Shown here: one piece after another, positions 22,385 through 32,206 of the stretch
Layout: every line of letters begins with the position of its first letter
Numbering within the stretch: position 1 is the stretch's first letter
Assembly (NCBI GenBank): GCA_030390025.1
Contig: JASTWF010000148.1
Coordinates: 152,687 to 188,000, forward strand
Origin: Squalus acanthias
Lineage: Eukaryota
DNA: 35,314 bases
Direction of reading: 5' to 3'
Made by a program: the position numbers and the translations under genes
The notes under the pieces: model-generated
What the model was told of the DNA's origin: nothing
The model's database searches: none
Seen by the model: only the letters and a program-made list of their open reading frames with translations

Positions 22385-23350
22385 TTTAAAGCCCTCTCCA
22401 CAGCCCTAGTTATTCGATTCGCCAGGACACTAGTCCCAGCACTGGCCAAGTGAAGTCCGTCCCAACGGAACCAGCCTCCTCTCCTGCCCCAGTACTGGTG
22501 CCAGTGTCCCAAGAAGCAAAACCCATTTTTCCCACACCAGTCTTTGAGCCACGCATTCAACTCCCTGATTTTATTTACCCTAGCCAAATTTGCTCGTGGC
22601 CTCAGGTAGTAATCCAGAGATTATTACCCTCGAGGTTCTGCTTTTTAATTTGGCCCCTAGCTGCTCAAACTCCCTCAGCAGAACTCTTTCCTTGTCCTAT
22701 CTATGTCATTGGTACCAACATGGACCACTACAACTGGATCCTCCCCCTCCCCCACTCCAAGTTTCTCTCCAGCCCAGAGGAGATGTCCTTAACCCTGGCA
22801 CCGGGCAGGCAAACACAGCCTTCGGGACTCTCGCTCTTGGCTGCAAAGAACCCTATCTATCCCCCTAATGATACTATCCACTACCACTACAACATTTCTT
22901 TTTACTCCCCCCCACTTGAATGGCCCCCCTTTACCACGGTGCTGTGGCCAGGTTGCTCATCCTCCCTGCAGTCCCCGCTCCTATCCACACAGGGAGTAAG
23001 AGCCTCGAACTGTTGGACAAGAGCAAGGGCTGCGGCTCCTCCAAACACTACATCCTGGATCCCTGTACCTGCCTCCCTCGTAGTCACACCTTCCTGTCCC
23101 TGACCCACGGGCTACTTCTGAATAGTTACTCTAATTGGTGTGACTACCTCCTGAAACACGGAGTCCAGGTAACTCTCCCCCTCCCTGATGTGTCGCAGTG
23201 TTTGAAGCTCGGACTCCAGCTCATCAACACGGAGCCGCCGGAGTTCCTCGAGCAGCCAACACTTACTGCAAATGTGTTCACCGTGAACATCAATGGTGTC
23301 CACCAGCTCCCACATTATTGCAGCAGTAACACATCACCCTGCTCTCCCAT
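22385..23350 (-). pseudogene. E2 ORF1 (zinc finger/leucine zipper + SGNH esterase), several small indels
   Basis: Fragments MWELVDTIDVHGEHICSKC..LEEL..RVDELESELQ and ..WDGLHLASAG..ERALN; colinear with ORF1 at 32273-33228. Confidence 0.85.
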
Positions 23351-23632
23351 TCTATGTATTTTAATTAAAAATGTATTATTTTACTGTTCAGTTAATTTAT
23401 GCCAGCAGTCTCTGCTACATCACAGATAACCCGAGAAACAATAAAATTGAAGTTTTGTATAAAAAAAAAAGAGAAATACTCACCAACCAATCACTTACCT
23501 GCTTTCTGGTGATGTCACACTTCGATTATTTTTTTTACCTCTCTCCTGCTCTCGGCTTGGTGAAAAGCCTACCTGGTCGCTGCCGCTTTTACCGCCGCCG
23601 CCTCGCCGCTGTTGCTCCACCCAGGTCCGCCT

Positions 23633-24392
23633 CACTCTCAGTCCTGGGCAGTTTGTTCTGAGTCTCCTCACTCTCTGTCCTGTGGCAGTTTGTTCTGAGT
23701 CTCCTCACTCTCCGTCCTGTGGCAGTTTGTTCTGAGTTCTCCTCACTCTGTCCTGTGACAGTTTGTTCTGAGTCTCCTCACTCTCTGTCCTGTGACAGTT
23801 TGTTCTGAGTCTCCTCACTCTCTGTCCTGTGGCAGTTTGTTCTGAGTCTCCTCACTCTCCGTCCTGTGACAGTTTGTTCTGAGTCTCCCACTCTCTGTCC
23901 TGTGACAGTTTGTTCTGAGTCTCTCACTCTGTCCTGTGACAGTTTGTTCTGGTCCCTCACTCTGTCCTGTGACAGTTTTGTTCTGAGTCTCTTCACTCTG
24001 TCCTGTGGCAGTTTGTTCTGAGTCTCCTCACTCTCTGTCCTGTGCAGTTTGTTCTGAGTCTCTCACTCTGTCCTGTGACAGTTTGTTCTGTGTCTCCTCA
24101 CTCTTCTGTCCTGTGACAGTTTGTTCTGAGTCTCCTCACTCTGTCCTGTGACAGTTTGTTCTGAGTCTCCTCACTCTCTGTCCTGTGGCAGTTTGTTCTG
24201 AGTCTCCTCACTCTGTCCTGTGACAGTTTGTTCTGAGTCTCCTCACTCTGTCCTGTGGCAGTTTGTTCTGAGTCTCCTCACTCTGTCCTGTGGCTGTTTG
24301 TTCTGAGTCTCCTCACTCTCTGTCCTGTGGCAGTTTGTTCTGAGTCTCCTCACTCTGTCCTGTGACAGTTTGTTCTGATGTCTCTTCACTCT
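23633..24392. repeat. 35/37-bp minisatellite, ~21 copies
   Basis: GTTTGTTCTGAGTCTCCTCACTCT(CT)GTCCTGTGRCA tandem units. Confidence 0.95.
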
Positions 24393-24396
24393 TCAA

Positions 24397-24702
24397 ACTC
24401 ACTGGTTTCCCCTCCCTCCTCCTCCCCTGAAGGTGCTGACTCTGGCTGGGTTCAGTTTTACACTCACTAGTTCCTCTCTCTCCTCCCCTGAAGGTGCTGA
24501 CTCTGGCTGGGTTCAGTCTGCACTCACTGGATCCCTCCCTGTCCTCCCCTGAAGGTGCTGACTCTGGCTGGGGTTCAGTTTTACACTCACTGGTTCCCCC
24601 CTCCCTCTCCTCCCCTGACAGGTGCTGACTCTGGCTGGGTTCAGATCGACACTCACTGGTTCCTCTCTCTCCTCCCCTGAAGGGTGCTGAATCTGGCTGG
24701 GT
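24397..24702. repeat. ~60-63-bp minisatellite, ~5 copies
   Basis: CTCACTGGTTCCCCTCCCTCTCCTCCCCTGAAGGTGCTGACTCTGGCTGGGTTCAG units. Confidence 0.9.
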
Positions 24703-24744
24703 CACTACCAGACTCAAGGGGACCCTGAGGCTCTGCCCACGTTT

Positions 24745-25122
24745 TGGTCCTTTACAAAGATGGCCGTGCGAATCAAGATGGCGGCGAACAAAGACAATGC
24801 TTTCCTTTACAAAGATGGCCGCCCTTAGCTTGGCCTATTACCGGAAAAAAGCCCCGGAGCTGCAAACGCGGAACCTGTAGGTTCTCATTCGGGCTTGCGG
24901 CCTGCACCAGGTGTTTATGAAGCCTCACCCGCCGGGTGCGTTACCTCTCTGCGCCCCTGTGATTCGTAATCGGCGTAAAAACCGCTTCCCCCAACTCGGC
25001 CCGCCTCCCTGCACTCGCCTGGCTCTGATCACAGTGACACTGCGCATGCTCTAAATACAGGCGAAACTGCGCCTGCGCACTGGGCTCCTCCAGTGTGAAT
25101 GGGGCACATTCTCCCCCGCGGG
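24745..25122. promoter_or_regulatory. CpG-island promoter-like block with three YY1 motifs and NRF1-like motifs
   Basis: AAGATGGCCG ~24757, CAAGATGGCGGC ~24774, AAGATGGCCGCC ~24811; TGCGCATGC 25041 and TGCGCCTGCGCA ~25068. Inverted paralogue at 31018-31395. Confidence 0.65.
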
Positions 25123-25287
25123 GAATGCTGGGGAACATTGAAAGCCCCAATTAGTGAATGGAGAATGAGTTTCTGTCATCCCATTGAGAGAAAATTCATC
25201 AATAATTCACACAGAAACCACAGTGCACGGGCACTCTGCCATGGTTCAGTCCTGGATGTGATTAATAACAGAATCCAAACCCCTGCA

Positions 25288-25995
25288 GTCACATGTGAAC
25301 TCACTGGAGTCTCAGCAGGTGGGGTGAATTTCTTCCCACACACAGGATATTGAATCAGCCTCTCTCCAGTATCAATGCGCTGATCGTGCATTAGCTGCTT
25401 TGAACTTTGAAAGCTTTTCTCACAGTCAGAGTATTTAAAGCAAATGTTCTCCATGTGGACACTCTGGAGTGTCAACAGGTGGGGCAACGGAGTGAATCCC
25501 TTCCCACACGTGACGTATCTAAACGGTCTCTCTCCGGTGTGACTGTGCTGGTGTGTCAGTAAATGGGATGATTGATTGAATCCCTTTCCACATACAGTGA
25601 ACGGATTCTCCCCGTTATGAACATGTTAGTGTGGGAATAGGTGAGATGAGTGAGTGACTCTCTTTCCACACTCAGCTGGTGAACAGCCTCTCCCCGGTGT
25701 GACTGTTTCGATGAGTTTGTACCTCAGACGGGCAACTGAATCCCGTTCCCACTGTCCCCACATTTACACTGTTGATTCAGGTGGGTGCACGAGTCTCACA
25801 AGTTAGACGATTTGTTGAAGGTGGATCCACACACATAACACATGTCCTGTTCTTCTCCCCGCTCTGACTGGTGTTTTTTCCTTCTATATCCAAAGGTCGA
25901 TGATATTCAGGTCCTGATGAATCCAGTGAATCTGTCAGATCTTGACACAATGTTTGGTTTGAGTTTCCATCTGCAGATCCTCCCCTTCTAATACC
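25288..25995 (-). pseudogene. Decayed Kruppel-type C2H2 zinc-finger exon (~7 fingers)
   Basis: Minus-strand fragments HRNSHTGERLF, CGKGFNQSSHLLTHQHSHTGERPFRYVTCGKGFTPLPHLLTLQSVH, DCEKSFQSSKQLMHDQRIDTGERL, CGKKFT; stops, frameshifts and lost Cys/His ligands. Confidence 0.88.
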
Positions 25996-26196
25996 CTCCT
26001 ATGGTGTTTACAACAGGATAGAACTTCAGAATTGACAAATCTAGTTTCTATAAACAATTTTTTCCCTCCAGTCCCTCCTAAGCTGAAAATTCCCCATTCT
26101 ACACACTCTCCTTCCATCCTTACTGTCTAAAAACAACATTCATTACACCATCTGGGATTTTGTTTCTCCCCACGAGGTGCTGAATCTGGCTGGGTG

Positions 26197-27395
26197 CAAC
26201 AACAACAACAACAACTTGTATTTATATAGCACCTATAACATAGTAAAACGTCCCAAGGCGCTGCACAGGAGGATTATAAGATAAGAAATTTGACACCGAG
26301 CCACATAAAGAGAAATTAGGGCAGATGACCAAAAGATTCGTCAAAGAGATAAGTTTTAAGGTGCATCTTAAAGGAGGAAAGAGAGGTAGCGAGGCGGAGA
26401 GGTTTAGGCAGGGAATTCCAGAGCTCAGGGCCGAGGCAACAGAAGGCACGGCCACCAATGGTTGAGCGATTATAATCAGGGATGCTCAAGAGGGCAGAAT
26501 TAGAGGAGTCCAGATAACTCGGGGGTTGTGGGGCTGGAGGAGATTACAGAGATAGGGAGGGGTGAGGCCATGGAGGGATTTGAAAACAAGGATAAGAATT
26601 TTGAAATCGAGGCGCTGCTTAACCGGGAGCCAATGTAAGTCAGCGAGCACAGGGGTGATGGGCGAACGGGACTTGGTGCGAGTTAGGACACGGTCCGAGT
26701 TAAGACATGGGAAGCCGAGTTTTGGATCACCTCAAGTTTACATAGGGTGGAATGTGGGAGGCCAGCCAGGAGTGCGTTGGAATAGTCAAGTCTAGAGGTA
26801 ACAAAGGCATGGATGAGGGTTTCAGCAGCGGATGAGCTGAGGCAAGGGCGGAGACGGGCGATGTTACGGAGGTGGAAATAGGCGGTCTTTGTTATGCTGC
26901 GGATATGTGGTTGGAAGCTCATTTCAGGGTCAAATATGACACCAAGGTTGTGAACAGTGTGTTTCAGCCTCAGACAGATGTTAGGGAGAGGGATGGATTC
27001 AGTGGCTAGGGAACGGAATTTGTGGCGGGGACCAAAACCAATGGCTTCGGTTTTCCCAATATTTAATTGGACAAAATTTCTGCTCATCCAGAACTGTATG
27101 TCGGACAAGCAGTCTGACAATTTAGACACCATGGAGGGGTCGAGAGAAGAGCTAATGAGGTAGAGCTGGGTGTCATCAGCGTACATGTGGAAACTGACGC
27201 TGTGTTTTCAGATGATGTCGCCAAGGGGCAAAATGTAGATGTGAAATAGGAGGGGGCCAAGGATAGATCCTTGGGGTACACCAGAGGTAACGATGTGGGA
27301 GCGGGAAGAGAAGCCGTTGCAGGTGATTCTCTGGCTACGATTAGATAGATAAGAATGGAACCAGGTGAGTGCAGTCCCACCCAGCTGGACGACGA
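26197..27395 (-). mobile_element. 5'-truncated L2-clade LINE
   Basis: YADDTQLY..LNIGKTEAI..LIHAFVTSRLDYSNALLAGLP (ORF 26683-27186); 3' end ataaatacaagttgttgttg with (TTG)n tail. Confidence 0.9.
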
Positions 27396-29050
27396 TGCAA
27401 TTAGTTCACCTCTACATTTTGGTAGGAAGAACGAGGAGAGGCAACATAAACTAAAAGGTACAATTCTAAAGTGGGTGAACAGAGAGACCTGGGGGTTTAT
27501 GGGCACAAATTGTTGACGGTGGCAGGGCAGGTTGAGAAAGCGGTTAAAAAAGCTTACAGGAACCTGGGCTTCATAAATAGAGGCATAGAGTACAAAAGCA
27601 AGGAAGTTATGATGAACCTTTAGAAAACACTGGATCGGCCTCAACTGGAGTATTGTGTCCAATTCTGGGCACCGCAGTTTAGGACGGATGTGAAGGCCTG
27701 AGAGAGGGTGCAGAAAAGATTTACAAGAATGGTTCCAGGGATGAGGGACTTCAGTTACGTGGATAGACTGGAGAAGCTAGTCTGCAGGAAGATATCAATG
27801 GACTGGTCAGGTGGAATGGAATTCAATCCGGAGAAGTGTGAGGTAATGCATTTGGGGAGGGCTAACAAGGCAAGGGGATACACAATAAATGGTCGGACAT
27901 TGAGAAGTGCAGAGGATCAGAGGGACCTTGGAGTGCATGTCCACAGATCCCTGAAGCTAGCAGGACAGGTAGATAAGGTGGTTAAGAAGGCATGCGGGAT
28001 ACTTGCCTTTATTAGCCGAGGCATAGAATACAAGAGCAGGGAGGTTATGCTTAAACTGTATAAAACACTAGTTAGGCCACAGCTAGAATACTGTGTGCAG
28101 TGCTGGTCACCACATTACAGGAAGGATGTGATTGCACTAGAGGGGGTGCAGAGGAGATTTACGAGGATGTTGCCTGGGCTGGGAATTTTAGCTATGAGGA
28201 AAGATTAGCAAGGCTGGGGTTGTTTTCTTTGGAACAGAAGAGGCTGAGGGGAGACCTAATTGAGGTGTATAAAATTATGAGGGGCCCTAGAAAGAGTGGA
28301 TAGGAAGGACCTATTTCCCTTAGCAGAAGGATCAATAACCAGGGGACATAGATTTAAAATAATTGGTAGGAGGTTTAGAGGGGATTTGAGGAGAATTTTT
28401 TTCACCCAGAGGGTGGTGGGGGTCTGGAACTCACTGCCTGAAAGGATGGTAGAGGCAGAGACCCTCATCACATTTAAAAAGTACTTGGATATGCACTTGA
28501 AGTGCCGTAACCTACAGGGCTACGGACCAAGTGCTGGAAAGAGGGATTAGGGGGGAGAGCTCTTTGTCGGCCGGCACGGACAAGATGGGCCGAATGGCCT
28601 CCTTCTGTGCTGTGAATATCTATGATTCTATGCTAGGATTGTTCTCCTTGGAGCAGAGAAGGTAGAGAGGAGATTTGATGGAGGAGTTCAGAATCACGAG
28701 GGGTCTGGACAGAGTAGATAGAGAGAAACTGTTCACATTGGCGGAAGGGTCGAGAACCAGAGGACACAGGTTTAAGGTGATTGGCAGAAGAATCAAAGGT
28801 GACATGGGGAAAAACTTTTTACGCAGCGAGTGGTTATGATCGGGAATGCACTGCCTGAAAGGGTGGTGGAGGCAGATTCAATCGTGGCTTTCAAAAGGCA
28901 ATTGGATAAGGACCTGAAGGAGAAACAATGTCAGGGCTCCGGGGGAAGGGTGGGGCAGTGGGACTAGCTGAAGTGCTCTTGCAGAGAGCCGGCACGGGCT
29001 CGACGGGACGAATGGCCACATTCTGTGCTGTAACCATTCTCTGATTCCAA
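27396..29050 (+). mobile_element. 5'-truncated CR1 fragment split by a nested CR1 (host parts 27396-27780 and 28633-29050)
   Basis: RT C-terminal remnants (QKRFTRMVPGMRDFSYVDRLEKL) resume at 28633 (LGLFSLEQRR); 3' end tgtaaccattctctgattc. Confidence 0.85.
27781..28632 (+). mobile_element. 5'-truncated CR1 nested in another CR1
   Basis: FNPEKCEVMH..LVRPQLEYCVQ..FFTQRVV; tail tctatgattctatg; flanked by duplicated (g)ctag at 27776-27780 and 28632-28636. Confidence 0.88.
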
Positions 29051-29119
29051 GTATCGATATAGTTTATCTTCATTTATTCCTATTTTAATAACTTTTGCTG
29101 AATGTGGCCCTCGCCAAGG

Positions 29120-29700
29120 GCCAGGATATCGGATTCGGCCCACCATGGAAAATGAGATTGACACCCCTGAGGTAGACGATGTCAACCGGATTCCCCTCAT
29201 CCCCCAACCCAGCAACTTCTTCACAAAACTCAAGCAAGTTGGCCTTGTTTTCTGGAAGCCATGTTGAATATCTCTAATGGCTCCTTCCCTTTCCCCGTGA
29301 TCGAAAACAGCATCTCTTAGGATCCCTTCAGCACCTTCCCTGTGATCGATATCACACTGATGGGCCTCTAGTTCTCTTAGGATCCCTTCAGGCACCTTCC
29401 CTGTGATCGATATCACACTGATGGGCATCTAGTTCTCTTAGGATCCCTTCAGGCACCTTCCCTGTGATCGATATCACACTGATGGGCCTCTAGTTCTCTT
29501 AGGATCCCTTCAGACACCTTCCCTGTGATCGATATCACACTGATGGGCCTCCAGTTCTCTTAGGATCCCTTCAGGCACCTTCCCTGTGATCGATATCACA
29601 CTGATGGGCCTCTAGTTCCCCGGCTCTGATTTGTCCCCAATTTGGAAAATGGGAACTGCGTGAGCTACCTTCCAATCTCAGGGAGCAATCCCTGACTCTA
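29120..29700 (-). mobile_element. Old CR1-like RT fragment
   Basis: Minus-strand translation GN*RPISVISITGKVPEGILR..IRDIQHGFQK resembles the RT segment GNYRPVSLTSVVGKILESIIK..QHGF. Confidence 0.65.
29314..29617. repeat. 61-bp tandem repeat, ~5 copies, derived from the RT fragment
   Basis: Unit CTCTTAGGATCCCTTCAGGCACCTTCCCTGTGATCGATATCACACTGATGGGCCTCTAGTT (gatccc at 29321, 29381, 29442, 29503, 29564). Confidence 0.93.
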
Positions 29701-31014
29701 TTAATTAATCAAGGATAGTCAGCATGGCTTTGTCAGGGGGAGATCATGTCTAACCAATTTGATTGAATTTTTCAAGGGTGTGACTAGGTGTGTGGATGAG
29801 GGTAGTGCAGTTGATGTCGTCTACATGGACTTCAGTAAGGCTTTTGACAAAGTCCTTTTGACAAAGCATGGGAAACTCGTCAAGAAGGTAAGAGCCCATG
29901 GTATCCAGGGCAATTTGGCACATTGGATCCAAAATTGGCTTAGTGGCAGGAGGCAGAGGGTGATGGTCGAAGGTTATTTTTGTGACTGGAAGCCTGTGTC
30001 CAGTGGTGTACCGCAGGGATCGGTGCTGGGTCCCTTGCTGTTTGTAGTGTACATTAATGATTTAGATATGAATGTAGGAGCTATGATCAGTAAGTTCGCA
30101 GATGACACGAAAATTGGTGGAGTGGTAAATAGCGAGGAGGGAAGCCTCAGGCTACAGGACGATATAGACGGGTTGGTCAGATGGGCAGAACAGTGGCAAA
30201 TGGAATTTAACCCTGAAAAGTGTGAGGTGATGCATTTTGGGAGGACTAATAAGACAAGGGAATACACAATGAATGGTAGGACCCTAGGAAGGACAGAGGA
30301 TCAGAGGGACCTTGGTGTGCATGTACATAGATCCCTGAAGGCAGCAGGACAGGTAGATAAGGTGGTTAAGAAGGCATATGGGATACTTGCCTTCATTAGC
30401 CGAGGCATAGAATATAAGAGAAGGGAGGTTATGATGGAGCTGTACAAAATGCTAGTTAGGCCACAGCTGGAATACTGTGTGCAGTTCTGGTCGCCACACT
30501 ATAGGAGTGATGTGATGTATTGGAGAGGATGCAGAGGAGATTCACCAGGATGTTATCTGGGCTGGAGTGCTTCAGCTATGAAGGGAGACTGGACAGGCTG
30601 GGGTTGTTTTCCTTAGAGCAGAGAAGGCTGAGGGAGGACCTGATTGAGGTGTACAAAATTATGAGGGGCATGAATAGGATAGATAGAAAGGAAATTTTCC
30701 CCTTAGTAGAGGGGTCAATAACCAGGGGGCATAGTTTCAAGGTAAGGGGCAGGAGGTTTAGAGGGGATTTGAGGAAAAACTTTTTCACCCAGAGGGTGGT
30801 TGGAATCTGGAACTCACTGCCTGAAAGGGTGGTAGAGGCAGGAACCCTCAACATTCAAGAAGCATTCAGATGAGCACTTGAAACGCCATAGCATACAAGG
30901 CTAGGGACCAAGTGCTGGAAACTGGGATTAGAATAGACAGGGTTTGATGGGCGGCGCGGACACGATGGGCCGAAGGGCCTCTTTCTGTGCTGTCTAACTC
31001 TATGACTCTATGAC
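29701..31014 (+). mobile_element. 5'-truncated CR1 (RT C-terminal part and 3' tail)
   Basis: ORFs 29759-30616 and 30520-30873 with YMDFSKAFDKV, GVPQGSVLGP, FADD; tail actctatgactctatgac. Confidence 0.92.
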
Positions 31015-31017
31015 GTG

Positions 31018-31395
31018 TCCCGTGGGGACAATGTGACCTGTTCACACTGGAGGAGCCCAGCGCGCAGGCGCAGTGCCCGCCCGTATCTGGAGCATGCGCA
31101 GTGTCACTGTGAACCGGGCCCTCCGAGTGCGACCAGCGGAATTAGGCGGGAGAAGCTGTTTTTGCGCCGATTACGAATCAGGGGCCGCAGAGAGATAAGG
31201 CATCCGGCGGGTGAGCTTCATAAACACCTGGTGTAGGCCGCAAGCCCGGAATGAGAACCTACGGGTTCCGAGTTTGCAGCTCCGGGGCTTTTTCCCCGGC
31301 AACAGGCCCAGGCTAAGGGCGGCCATCTTTGTAAAGGAAAGCAGCGTCTTTGTTTGCCGCCATCTTGATTCCTGCGGCCATCTTTGTAAAGGAAG
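31018..31395. promoter_or_regulatory. CpG-island promoter-like block, inverted paralogue of 24745-25122
   Basis: GCGCAGGCGCA ~31062, GCATGCGCA ~31092, three GCCATCTT motifs (~31322, 31359, 31377). Confidence 0.65.
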
Positions 31396-31427
31396 CAAAG
31401 GTGGGCGGGGCTTCAGGGTCCCAGGAG

Positions 31428-31764
31428 AACTGAACCCAGCCAGAGTCAGCACCTTCAGGTAAGGAGAGGGAGGGGAACCAGTGAGTGAACTGAACCCAGC
31501 CAGAGTCAGCACCTTCAGGGGAGGAGAGAGAGGGGAACCAGTGAGTGAACTGAACCCAGCCAGAGTCAGCACCTTCAGGGGAGGAGAGAGAGGGGAACCA
31601 GTGAGTGTAGAACTGATCCAGCCAGAGTCAGCACCTTCAGGGGAGGAGAGGGAGGGGAACCAGTGAGTGTAGAACTGAACCCAGCCAGAATCAGCACCTT
31701 CAGGGGAGGAGAGGGAGGGGAACCAGTGAGTGTAGAACTGAACCCAGCCAGAGTCAGCACCCTC
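31428..31764. repeat. 60/63-bp minisatellite, ~5.5 copies (reverse complement of 24397-24702 family)
   Basis: GAACTGAACCCAGCCAGAGTCAGCACCTTCAGGGGAGGAGAGAGGGGAACCAGTGAGT units. Confidence 0.93.
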
Positions 31765-32206
31765 AAACTGTCACAGGACGGAGAGTGAAGAGACTCAGAT
31801 CAAACTGTCACAGGACGGAGAGTGAAGAGACTCAGATCAAACTGTCACAGGACGGAGTGAGGAGACTCAGATCAAACTGTCACAGGACGGAGAGTGAAGA
31901 GACTCAGATCAAACTGTCACAGGACGGAGAGTGAAGAGACTCAGATCAAACTGTCACAGGACGGAGTGAGGAGACTCAGATCAAACTGTCACAGGACGGA
32001 GTGAGGAGACTCAGATCAAACTGTCACAGGACGGAGTGAGGAGACTCAGATCAAACTGTCACAGGACGGAGAGTGAAGAGACTCAGATCAAACTGTCACA
32101 GGACGGAGAGTGAAGAGACTCAGATCAAACTGTCACAGGACGGAGTGAGGAGACTCAGATCAAACTGTCAGGACGGAGTGAAGAGACTCAGATCAAACTG
32201 TCACAG
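31765..32206. repeat. 35/37-bp minisatellite, ~12 copies (reverse complement of 23633-24392 family)
   Basis: AAACTGTCACAGGACGGAG(AG)TGARGAGACTCAGATC units. Confidence 0.95.

Larger units (their letters stand above)
19148..23632 (-). mobile_element. CR1-clade LINE copy E2, full length
   Basis: Tail (TTCTTATG)n at ~19150-19177 abuts the 67-bp satellite; ORF2 22342-19392; ORF1 23350-22385; 5' UTR with splice-donor cluster caggtaagtgattggttggtgagt near 23480-23503. Confidence 0.95.

Noticed and set aside
29341-29600. TGTGA-N6-TCACA matches the bacterial CRP site
   Set aside because: It lies within LINE RT-derived sequence in a vertebrate genome; coincidental.
672-31111. Other CACAGTG/CACTGTG heptamers (~672, ~1948, ~25030, ~25219, ~31105) as D/J signals
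   Set aside because: No correctly spaced nonamer and no FGxG/WGxG J motif with splice donor seen. Read by eye; an RSS scoring scan would be decisive.
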